From contig CAXBPH010000119.1 of the NCBI GenBank assembly GCA_963977445.1, positions 1 to 19,828 of the forward strand: 19,828 bases of DNA. The letters run 5' to 3'. Source of the stretch: an uncultured bacterium (lineage in GTDB: Bacteria > Hydrogenedentota > Hydrogenedentia > Hydrogenedentales > JAEUWI01). Both the position numbers and the translations under genes were made by a program. Positions 1-7,636 of the stretch are shown here, piece after piece. The stretch's first letter is position 1. The number at the start of each line of letters is the position of its first letter. The notes beneath the pieces were generated by a model, which was not told where the DNA came from, searched no databases, and saw only the letters and a program-made list of their open reading frames with translations.

Positions 1-105
1 CCGACACAACGTAAACTCAAGTCCACCGAAACACCCCGTCCCGTGAAGCGCGCCGAGGTCCTACGCCCACAACAATCCCGCGCTTTGGCCGCCTTCGAGG
101 TCCGG

Positions 106-134
106 TGCGCGGGCCTGTCCCATTTCTTTCCCAC
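106..134 (-). repeat. Dispersed copy of the left end of the REP-like element found at 9502-9990
   Basis: Reverse complement GTGGGAAAGAAATGGGACAGGCCCGCGCA matches 9502-9530 GTGGCAAACAAATGGGACAGCCCCGCGCA at 26/29 nt. Confidence 0.7.
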
Positions 135-380
135 TTTAGCCAAATAAAATGCGTTCCTAACGGCTCCCATATAGGGAGACGCTACACTTCAAATCAGCAG
201 AGTCAGATGCATTCCCTCGAGATGACGGACGGGCATGGAAAATTTAACCCGCTCCTAACCAATTTCATACATCTTGCGGGTATGCTGACGATGACCAAGA
301 TAGAGAAAAACGAAAACACGACGGGGCCAGCTGAATAGCATCGCGAGGACGCGACTATGGGCCCCAGAAAGGAATACCCA

Positions 381-1187
381 ATGAAACATGGATTTCTCAT
401 CGATATGGATGGCGTAATCTACCGCGGCAACGAAATGATCCAGGGGGCCGTTGAATTCGTCGCTGCCCTCCGTGCCCGCAAAATCCCCTTCCTCTTCCTC
501 ACCAACAACAGTCAACGCACCCGTCGCGATATGGCCATCAAACTGCGCCGCCGCGACTTCGACGTAGATGAAAAGCACATCTTCACCTGCGGTATGGCCA
601 CGGCACAGTTTCTCGCCCAACAGAAACCCCACGGCACTGCCTTCGTCATTGGAGAAGGTGGACTACTCAACGCCCTCCACGATCACGGCTATGCCGTCGT
701 CGATCACGACCCGGATTATGTCGTCGTGGGTGAGGGACGTACCCTCAACCTCGACCTCGTCGAACAGGCCGTGAACTACATCCAGGGTGGTGCCAAACTC
801 ATCGCCACCAATCTGGACATGAGCTGTCCCACACCCACCGGCATCCGCCCGGGCTGTGGTGCGACGGTGGCCATGTTGGAAGCCGCCACGGGCGTAAAAG
901 CCTTCAGTGTGGGCAAGCCCAGCTCTATCATGATGCGCGCCGCCCGAAAAGAACTCGGACTCAGCGCCGGCGAAACCACCATGATCGGCGACACCATGGA
1001 GACCGACATCCTCGGCGGTGTCAACATGGGCTACCGCACCATCCTCGTGCTCTCTGGCGGCACCAGCCGGGAAGACCTCAAGCACTTCGGCTACAAGCCC
1101 GACCTGGTCGTCAATTCCATCGCCGACCTCTACAACCAGGACTTCCTCCAGGAAAGCGTCAACGGCAATTTTGCGCTGACCGCGTAG
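381..1187 (+). CDS. HAD-superfamily subfamily IIA hydrolase (NagD-like phosphatase)
   Basis: Motif I DMDGV, FLTNNS, VGKP, and motif IV IGDTMETDILGG. Start moved to ATG 381 (MKHGFLID) after AGAAAGGA. Confidence 0.92.
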   Translation: MKHGFLIDMDGVIYRGNEMIQGAVEFVAALRARKIPFLFLTNNSQRTRRDMAIKLRRRDFDVDEKHIFTCGMATAQFLAQQKPHGTAFVIGEGGLLNALHDHGYAVVDHDPDYVVVGEGRTLNLDLVEQAVNYIQGGAKLIATNLDMSCPTPTGIRPGCGATVAMLEAATGVKAFSVGKPSSIMMRAARKELGLSAGETTMIGDTMETDILGGVNMGYRTILVLSGGTSREDLKHFGYKPDLVVNSIADLYNQDFLQESVNGNFALTA

Positions 1188-1199
1188 TCCTCACGTACC

Positions 1200-1254
1200 A
1201 AAAAACAAGCGCCCCACCGACGCCGTGTTTCACGACGTCGGTAGGGCGTATTTT
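1200..1254. terminator. Intrinsic terminator between convergent genes, probably bidirectional
   Basis: 18-bp stem 1210-1227/1231-1248 with TTT loop. The two C/A oppositions become G-U on the minus strand, where CTTGTTTTTT follows. TATTTT follows on the plus strand. Confidence 0.8.
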
Positions 1255-1288
1255 ATGTATCAAGATTCCCACCGTCCTCAACATCCAA

Positions 1289-1323
1289 TTCTAAATTCCG
1301 TATTCTAAATTCTAAATTCTAAT
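1289..1323. repeat. 7-bp tandem repeat (TTCTAAA) x5, degenerate
   Basis: ttctaaa ttccgta ttctaaa ttctaaa ttctaat. Overlaps the deacetylase stop codon. Confidence 0.85.
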
Positions 1324-2998
1324 TCCCCGTCACCCACTTCACCGCCGCTTCCCGTGCCCCATCCACATCGTCCCCCTCATAAAACCACACCCGACCCTTC
1401 ACGGAATGCCGTTCTCCCGGTGCCGCATCGGGAAACTTCGGATCGGCGTGGGCACAGGGACATCCCTTGTTGCCCCAGCACCGGTCGATGTCCTGGAAGG
1501 CAATCAAGATTGCCCGCGTACCATCTTCACTACGCACCACCGTCACGGGCTGTTCAAAAGTTTTGTTGTCGTTCGTCTGTGCGGCAAAACCGGGCATCTC
1601 TTTCAACATGATGCACACCTGGGCCCGAAGTCCGGTGAGGGTTTCCGCCGTCCCATTTTTCAACCACAAGTCCACATCCACCACCATCTCCCCCGGTGTC
1701 ACCTCCGCTCCAAAGGAAATCTTGTTGGGCAATTCACGGGAAAACGTCAGCCCCCTATCTTTCCGCGTCCAGTCTATATTCTCAATGCGTACATTCTGCA
1801 AATCCCAGAAGGTTGGAATATGGGTATGGGCCAGATAAATCAGGTCGCCTTCCCGCCAGACCGCTTCGGGCACATCGAGCACCACATAGCCGCCATCCGC
1901 CCAGGGTGAAAAAATACTCGCCTTCGTCCCACGTTGTGGCGCAATGGCACCCTCCAGAAAACCAATACGGGGATGGCGTCCGCCGGGATAGGGCAACACG
2001 CGTAAGGTCGATGAGGCTTCGGGTTGCGCGAATCGTACCGCACCCACAATCTCTGTAACCGTCTGCACATCCCAGCCCGTGACCTGCGCCACTTCTTCCA
2101 GCGAATAGCCGTGAAAAATCAGCATATTCTCCAGCCAGAAACCCAGGTCCGCCCGTGTGGCCGCCACTTCGGGCGCAAGCGCCAACTTCCCTTCCTTCGG
2201 CAAGGAGTAGTGCTCGGCGGGCATGCCCTTGGCCTCTGGATTGGCCGCCGCCAGGGGCAATAGGTCCCGCATGGCAATCACGTTGAAGCCCTCGGCCTTC
2301 AGGTAGTCCATATACTCGATGAAGCGCTCTGGCGGCGTGTGCACCCAGGGATGGGTGATATCGGGCACACCATGGAACTGAACTATCACCGGCTCACCGG
2401 GCTTGCCACTGTTCACTAGGGTCTTGAAATGCTCCAGCGTCCAATCGGGATACCCATCGCCCGTCGTGGGGATGAGCAAGGGATGATGACGGGCCGGCTC
2501 ATAGCGCGGTCCGATTTCGATGCGGCCATAGGGCATTTCAGGCTGCATACCCCGCCGTGCGAGTTTATACCCCGCCGCCTCCAGGACCGCCACGCCTTCG
2601 ATGCTGAAATTATTGCCCGGCCAGGCAAAGGAAATGGGCTTGGGCACGCCCACCTTCCGCAACGCATACTCCACCAGGGCGAGCTCCCCTTCCAGCAAGG
2701 CCGCCGACTTGGGACTGTTCACCCCGAGGTGGGTCCACGTATGGTTTCCGATTTCGAAGCCCATCTCGTGGATCGTCGCCACCTCTTCCCACGTCAGGAA
2801 ATGTTCCGGGTCATTCATCCACAACTGGGAAATAAAGAAGGTCCCCCCGAATCCCCGCTCTTTCAACGCGGGGGCCACAAAGGTCACATGAGATTTCACC
2901 GAATCGTCAAAGGTCAGCACCACCGTTTTCTCCGGCAACTCCGCGGACGAAGAAATCCCACAAATCACGACAAACAACAATCCCAGAAACCCACGCAT
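1319..2998 (-). CDS. Secreted polysaccharide deacetylase (CE4/NodB domain) with an uncharacterised C-terminal domain
   Basis: Signal peptide, LTFDDS (motif 1), GNHTWTH (motif 2), FAWPG and VQFHGV. About 290 further aa contain LPYPGGRHPRIGFLEGA, YLAHTH and CPCAHADP. Confidence 0.88.
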   Translation of the reverse strand: MRGFLGLLFVVICGISSSAELPEKTVVLTFDDSVKSHVTFVAPALKERGFGGTFFISQLWMNDPEHFLTWEEVATIHEMGFEIGNHTWTHLGVNSPKSAALLEGELALVEYALRKVGVPKPISFAWPGNNFSIEGVAVLEAAGYKLARRGMQPEMPYGRIEIGPRYEPARHHPLLIPTTGDGYPDWTLEHFKTLVNSGKPGEPVIVQFHGVPDITHPWVHTPPERFIEYMDYLKAEGFNVIAMRDLLPLAAANPEAKGMPAEHYSLPKEGKLALAPEVAATRADLGFWLENMLIFHGYSLEEVAQVTGWDVQTVTEIVGAVRFAQPEASSTLRVLPYPGGRHPRIGFLEGAIAPQRGTKASIFSPWADGGYVVLDVPEAVWREGDLIYLAHTHIPTFWDLQNVRIENIDWTRKDRGLTFSRELPNKISFGAEVTPGEMVVDVDLWLKNGTAETLTGLRAQVCIMLKEMPGFAAQTNDNKTFEQPVTVVRSEDGTRAILIAFQDIDRCWGNKGCPCAHADPKFPDAAPGERHSVKGRVWFYEGDDVDGAREAAVKWVTGN

Positions 2999-3129
2999 AC
3001 ATAGAACCTTTCTGAATGGCTAAGCAATACGAGCAAAGATGAACGCTTTCGATTACACGCCGCTGCTCCTGAGTAGGATACTACATGTCAGCGAAGACAA
3101 CTACCCCGGATCTCTTCTTCATTTCATCT

Positions 3130-3267
3130 TTCGTGTCCTTCGTGTCCTTCGTGGTGAAAAAACGCACCATGTCACACCACCAAGGTCCATAGGGTTTCAT
3201 TTAAATATCGCTGAACTTCATGGCGCGATAGATCCGTTTCTACCACGAAGGACACGAAGAGCACGAA
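3130..3267. repeat. Inverted pair of 9-bp tandem repeats (TTCGTGTCC / GGACACGAA)
   Basis: 3130-3155 TTCGTGTCCTTCGTGTCCTTCGTGGT and 3242-3267 ACCACGAAGGACACGAAGAGCACGAA are reverse complements at 24/26, with an 86-nt spacer. Confidence 0.9.
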
Positions 3268-3742
3268 GGAAGAAAGAGAAGGTAACTGAGGGCGGGGACC
3301 AACAGGGGGTTGAAGATGCCAGGCCGTCCAGAATAAAGAAGACGGGAATGCATACCATCACGACGAGGAAATATCCCAATATCATGCCTGCCAATGCGAC
3401 CACCAACAGAAGGAGATTGAAAACAATTCGATAACGAAAGAGGGGCGGCACCACGTACTGGGCCAGCAAACGTTCAATTTCCTTCGCCTTTTCTGCCCCC
3501 GCCGCCGAATAATATACATTGCCGCCCTTGCTGGACAAGGTTACATCGATGGCCTCAGACACAAACTGCACCCGGCCTATGGGGACCGGGTGCAGCGTTA
3601 ATAAGGCATCTAAAGAATCAAAGCATCCATCGAAATGGTGAATCCGCCATTCCCCCACCTCCGAGAGCCGACGGGCCACCAGGATCAATTCGTCCACATC
3701 CATCACCAGCGGACCGTAGCGAAATTCGCCGTCTTTTTCCAT
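3218..3742 (-). CDS. Hypothetical membrane protein (soluble N-domain plus about 2 C-terminal TM helices)
   Basis: GGAG upstream of the ATG and hydrophobic IVFNLLLLVVALAGMILGYFLVVMVCIPVFFIL. Follows hemL on the same strand. The 3' end reads through the 9-mer repeat. Confidence 0.65.
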   Translation of the reverse strand: MEKDGEFRYGPLVMDVDELILVARRLSEVGEWRIHHFDGCFDSLDALLTLHPVPIGRVQFVSEAIDVTLSSKGGNVYYSAAGAEKAKEIERLLAQYVVPPLFRYRIVFNLLLLVVALAGMILGYFLVVMVCIPVFFILDGLASSTPCWSPPSVTFSFFLRALRVLRGRNGSIAP

Positions 3743-3780
3743 CGTCCCCGCTCCGACTCAAGCCACGCCGATTACTCGCA

Positions 3781-3811
3781 TCAATAGCCGTCAACTATCA
3801 ACTGTCTATTA
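3781..3811. repeat. Degenerate 7-bp tandem repeat (TCAACTR-like) directly after the hemL stop
   Basis: tcaatag ccg tcaacta tcaactg tctatta. Confidence 0.55.
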
Positions 3812-3812
3812 C

Positions 3813-5096
3813 TTAAAGGGTCGCGAAAACTTCCCGCGCCGCTTCCAAAGTCCTGTCAATTTCGGTCTGCTCATGGGACCCACTCATAAAGCTGGCCTCA
3901 AACTGGGACGGGGCAAAATACACGCCACGCTCCAACATACCCCAGAAAAACTTCCCGTACCGTTCCGTATTTGACGCGGTCGCTTCGGCATAATTCCGCA
4001 CGGGTCCGTCGTGGAAAAACATGCACGCCATGGTGCCCACCTGGGTCTGATAAACCGGTACGCCCGCTTCTTTGGCAATAGCCCCGAGGCCTTCGCACAG
4101 GGTCGTCATCTTTTTTTCGATGCTCTCGAAAACGCCCGGCTTTTCCAGCGCGCCCAAGGCCGCCAGCCCGGCCGCGGTCGCCAGAGGATTGCCGGACAAG
4201 GTGCCCGCCTGGTAGACGGGGCCCACAGGTGACAGATGGTCCATAATCTCCGCCGGGCCGCCATAGGCACCCACCGGCAAACCGCCACCGATGACCTTAC
4301 CCAGCGTGACCAGATCGGGCGTGATGCCGTAGCGCTCCTGCGCACCACCGAGGGCCACGCGGAAGCCTGTCATGACTTCGTCAAAAATCAGCAGCGCACC
4401 GTGGGCTTTGGTAATCTTCTGAAGACCGCCAAGGAAACCTTCCTCCGGCGGAATCACGCCCATGTTACCCGCGACGGGCTCAATGATGACACAGGCAATT
4501 TTGTCGCCGTGGGCCGCAAAGACCTGCTCCATGGCACCCAAATCATTGAAGGGCACCGTGAGGGTTGTCGCCGCCGTGCCCTCCGGAATTCCGGGACTCG
4601 TGGGCACGCCCAGGGTCGTCAGGCCACTCCCTGCCTTCACCAACAGGCTGTCCACATGGCCGTGGTAGCAGCCCTCTACCTTCACCACCAGATCACGCCC
4701 CGTATAGCCCCGGGCAAGGCGTATCGCACTCATGGTGGCTTCCGTGCCGCTGTTCACCAGCCGCACTTTCTCCAGACAGGGCACCAGGTCAACCAGTTTC
4801 TCTGCCAGCAGAATCTCCGCCTCCGTGGGAATGCCAAAGCTCGCTCCACGAGACAGGGCTTCCCGCACGGCCGTCTCGACGTAGGGATCGCAATGGCCCA
4901 GGATGAGGGGGCCCCAGGAAAGGACGTAGTCGATCATCTCGTTGCCGTCTACATCCGTTATGATGGGCCCGTCACCTGAGTGAACGAAAAAAGGATTGCC
5001 ACCCACGCCATTAAAGGCACGGACGGGACTGTTTACACCGCCCACAAGGGTCTTGTTCGCCGTCTCAAACAGTCTCTTCGACTTTTCCATCTCCAT
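3813..5096 (-). CDS. hemL: Glutamate-1-semialdehyde 2,1-aminomutase
   Basis: GGVNSPVRAF, DYVLSWGPLILGH, NSGTEATMSAIRLAR, GCYHGH, FDEVMTGFR, PLP-lysine motif TLGKVIGGGLPVG, QAGTLSGNP and APSQFEA. Confidence 0.97.
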   Translation of the reverse strand: MEMEKSKRLFETANKTLVGGVNSPVRAFNGVGGNPFFVHSGDGPIITDVDGNEMIDYVLSWGPLILGHCDPYVETAVREALSRGASFGIPTEAEILLAEKLVDLVPCLEKVRLVNSGTEATMSAIRLARGYTGRDLVVKVEGCYHGHVDSLLVKAGSGLTTLGVPTSPGIPEGTAATTLTVPFNDLGAMEQVFAAHGDKIACVIIEPVAGNMGVIPPEEGFLGGLQKITKAHGALLIFDEVMTGFRVALGGAQERYGITPDLVTLGKVIGGGLPVGAYGGPAEIMDHLSPVGPVYQAGTLSGNPLATAAGLAALGALEKPGVFESIEKKMTTLCEGLGAIAKEAGVPVYQTQVGTMACMFFHDGPVRNYAEATASNTERYGKFFWGMLERGVYFAPSQFEASFMSGSHEQTEIDRTLEAAREVFATL

Positions 5097-5164
5097 AATC
5101 TCACTACGTCCTTCTATGGCAAGGTTCCTTACGGAACCGTTCGTTTATGTCAGCATACCGCCCC

Positions 5165-5194
5165 ATTGTAGCAAGCCCCGGCATCAACACGGAA
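5165..5194 (-). promoter_or_regulatory. Putative extended -10 promoter for hemL
   Basis: Minus strand TG-C-TACAAT (5173-5165), about 70 nt upstream of the start. The -35 is weak (TTCCGT at an 18-nt spacer). Confidence 0.45.
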
Positions 5195-5224
5195 AGTACC
5201 GACGCTATACACAGATTATTTGCG

Positions 5225-6031
5225 TTATTTGGCTTCCGCGTAGGCGGGAACTTGTTCAAGAAGCTCCACCACATCGGCCCCCGGCAGGACCACACAAGCC
5301 ATGTTGGACGTGTAGCCCGAGGTATAGCCCATGCCTGAATTTCCGCTGATCTTCAGCATGCGCGTCAAATTAATACCCAGACACACGCCCGATTCGGTGA
5401 AAATCGGCATGCCCATACCCGGATATTCACCAACGATGTAATGGGCCCGGGGCTTTTCCACAATCCCCTGGATCCGCATCTCCCCCACCGTGGGCAGACG
5501 ATTGGCGACCTGCCCCATGCGCCCCAGCAGGTAAACCGGGTCAAAAAGGGCCACTGTCGGTGCGGCCGTAAGATCTACATGGGCCCACATCGCTTCTGGC
5601 TTCTTCACCGGACGCAAGAAGGCCAAATCCAGGTCTGAATCACGCAACACGATTTCTGCGTCTATTTCCTCTTTGTCCCGCAGCACCTTCAGGGCAGTCA
5701 CTTCGGTCTTTGTCTCGAAGCCTTCGTCATCGCCGGCTTCATCAAAAAACATGGATTCCATCAAGGAGCCCGGATCCAGCTGCATCAGGGAGGTCACCAT
5801 GAGGCCCTCCGACGAAATGACCGTGGCATGAATCTCTTGGGTATACTCACTGACCTCGGAGCCATATTCGGCCATGGACATGGTCTCTTTTATCGCCATC
5901 TTCACCGTCACCACCGCCTCCCCATGCTCGGCCACAATGCCCCGCATGATCTCAGCCTTCCCATCCGCCACGACAACCTGGCTGAAGGCCATCATCACCC
6001 CAAACACGGCTACCAAACGCACAACCATCAT
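5225..6031 (-). CDS. Secreted trypsin-like (S1C/HtrA-type) fold protein lacking catalytic His and Ser
   Basis: Start moved to ATG 6031 after AGGAG. Signal peptide, then AVVTV, ATVISSEGLMVTS, DSDLDLAFLRP and GMPIFTESGVCLGIN, collinear with HtrA protease motifs. Confidence 0.78.
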   Translation of the reverse strand: MMVVRLVAVFGVMMAFSQVVVADGKAEIMRGIVAEHGEAVVTVKMAIKETMSMAEYGSEVSEYTQEIHATVISSEGLMVTSLMQLDPGSLMESMFFDEAGDDEGFETKTEVTALKVLRDKEEIDAEIVLRDSDLDLAFLRPVKKPEAMWAHVDLTAAPTVALFDPVYLLGRMGQVANRLPTVGEMRIQGIVEKPRAHYIVGEYPGMGMPIFTESGVCLGINLTRMLKISGNSGMGYTSGYTSNMACVVLPGADVVELLEQVPAYAEAK

Positions 6032-6077
6032 ACCGCTCCTTCGGCCTCGCTCATTGGCGTTTTCCGGCCTGATTTCT

Positions 6078-6398
6078 TCACTCCCACACGGACAGGTCGC
6101 AACACACGTTCCTGGCCTGCACGGTTTCCCGCCATGGTAGCACGAACGACACACGGGGCACAGACAAATGACGAGCAGCTAGGGCAATCGCATTGAAACG
6201 ACTGCTGTAGATCTCCTTTCCCTTTTGCCGAATAAGATAGACGCCGGGGTGCCACCCGATCCGGTATTCCCGGTCGACGATCCGCCGCAGGAGGGTTCGG
6301 GTGCCTTGGGCCTCGATTGCTGGGTGCTGATGGACCACTTGGCGGTGCCCTTGTTTCATTGTGGGGATTGCTCTGAACAAAGCTACGGTGTCATCCAC
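6078..6398 (-). CDS. Possible small hypothetical protein
   Basis: Fills an otherwise empty gap and ends 46 nt before the protease-like gene on the same strand. Protein-like core YRIGWHPGVYLIRQKGKEIYSSRF. No clear RBS; start uncertain (GTG 6398 or ATG 6359). Confidence 0.35.
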   Translation of the reverse strand: MDDTVALFRAIPTMKQGHRQVVHQHPAIEAQGTRTLLRRIVDREYRIGWHPGVYLIRQKGKEIYSSRFNAIALAARHLSVPRVSFVLPWRETVQARNVCCDLSVWE

Positions 6399-6588
6399 TT
6401 TTTTCTGACATCAACGTGGGTCAAGGCACCCGAACCCGCTTTTTTACGTCTACGCCGCAATAAAAGCGGGATCGGGTGGCACTATCGGGTTTGCATCAAT
6501 GTAATAAATCGACCAGGTGTGCGTACCCGTTTTAGTGCGATGGCCCCGCCACGGAACGGCATGAACGCCCCGGAAACAGCAATACCGT

Positions 6589-6618
6589 TTGACATGTTCC
6601 AGAGCCACCCACTAGACT
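6589..6618 (+). promoter_or_regulatory. Putative sigma70 promoter for GT2-asnB
   Basis: TTGACA-18 nt-TAGACT, ending 68 nt upstream of ATG 6687. Confidence 0.6.
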
Positions 6619-6686
6619 CCACCGTGCAAATATCCCCTCCGACGGAAGTCACCCAAAGGGGAACGACCCCGTCTGGAAAGGTCACC

Positions 6687-7604
6687 ATGGCAGCCATAAG
6701 CATTGTAATTCCGGCCTACAACGAAGCCAACGCCATCGCCGAGACCATACAGGCCGCGGAAACGGCTTTCGCCGAGTCGGGTCACGACTTTGAAATCATC
6801 GTCGTCGACGATTGCTCTACCGATGAAACCCGGGCCCGGGCACAAGAAACCAATGCCCGCGTCATCGCCCATCCGACCAACAAAGGCTACGGGAATGCCC
6901 TGCTCACGGGTATTCGAAATGCCCGGCACCCCTGGATTGCCATTACCGATGCCGACGGCACCTATCCCATCGATGCGCTCCCTGAAATGCTACAGACCGC
7001 GTCGGAACGGGGCTACGACATGTATGTGGGTGCCCGACAAGGAAAGCACTATTACCAGAGCGCCTTCAAAGCCACCTTGCGTGTTTGTTTCCGCATGTTG
7101 AGTGAGTTTGTCGTGGGGCAAAACATCCCCGACATCAACAGTGGCCTCCGTATCCTTCGCCGCGACATGGTGCTGCGTTTTGCACCGGCCCTTTCCGGTG
7201 GCTTCTCCTTCACCACCAGCATCACCATCATCGCCTTCCAGACCAACCACCACGTCGCCTATTGTCCGGTGGACTATTTCCCCCGCAAGGGAAAAAGCCA
7301 TGTCCATCTTTTTCGGGATTCCCGTCGGGCCCTTCAAATCATTGTCATGACCATCATCCTCTTCAATCCCATCAAGCTCTTCATGCTCCAGGGCGGTGTC
7401 GTGGGCTTGGCGACCGTGGTGGCCCTGTTGCTGCTTTTTCTGTTCCCAGCGAGCTTTCCGGGACTCGTCCTGTTGGGCCTGGGCTTTTGCACCACCAACA
7501 TCATCCTCGCTATGGGCTTTCTCGCCATTCGCAATCAATTGGGCATTGGTGACGTCGTCGCCCCTGATCGCGGCTATGTGCCCAGGGAAAATGAAGATGA
7601 ATAG
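6687..7604 (+). CDS. Family 2 glycosyltransferase (DPM-synthase/polyprenol-phosphate GT-like) with C-terminal TM helices
   Basis: SIVIPAYNE, IIVVDDCSTD, NKGYGNA, TDADGTY, DINSGLR and two hydrophobic C-terminal segments. Start moved to ATG 6687 after GGAAAGG. Confidence 0.93.
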   Translation: MAAISIVIPAYNEANAIAETIQAAETAFAESGHDFEIIVVDDCSTDETRARAQETNARVIAHPTNKGYGNALLTGIRNARHPWIAITDADGTYPIDALPEMLQTASERGYDMYVGARQGKHYYQSAFKATLRVCFRMLSEFVVGQNIPDINSGLRILRRDMVLRFAPALSGGFSFTTSITIIAFQTNHHVAYCPVDYFPRKGKSHVHLFRDSRRALQIIVMTIILFNPIKLFMLQGGVVGLATVVALLLLFLFPASFPGLVLLGLGFCTTNIILAMGFLAIRNQLGIGDVVAPDRGYVPRENEDE

Positions 7605-7636
7605 GCCCGCCCCCTGGTATAAGGCCCACTGAATTC

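Noticed and set aside
61..123. 20-codon minus-strand ORF starting ATGGGACAG
   Set aside because: The ATG is part of the repeat motif, and the peptide is short and featureless.
3039..3434. 131-aa plus-strand ORF
   Set aside because: Built largely from the 9-mer repeats and the antisense of the membrane-protein gene, with no recognisable features.
6225..6686. 154-aa N-terminal extension of the GT2 in the ORF track
   Set aside because: The GT2 domain begins at Met 6687, with an RBS and a promoter-like sequence inside the supposed extension. Extensions of the HAD, protease-like, ispH, fbaA and Gfo ORFs were trimmed likewise on RBS and domain-start evidence.
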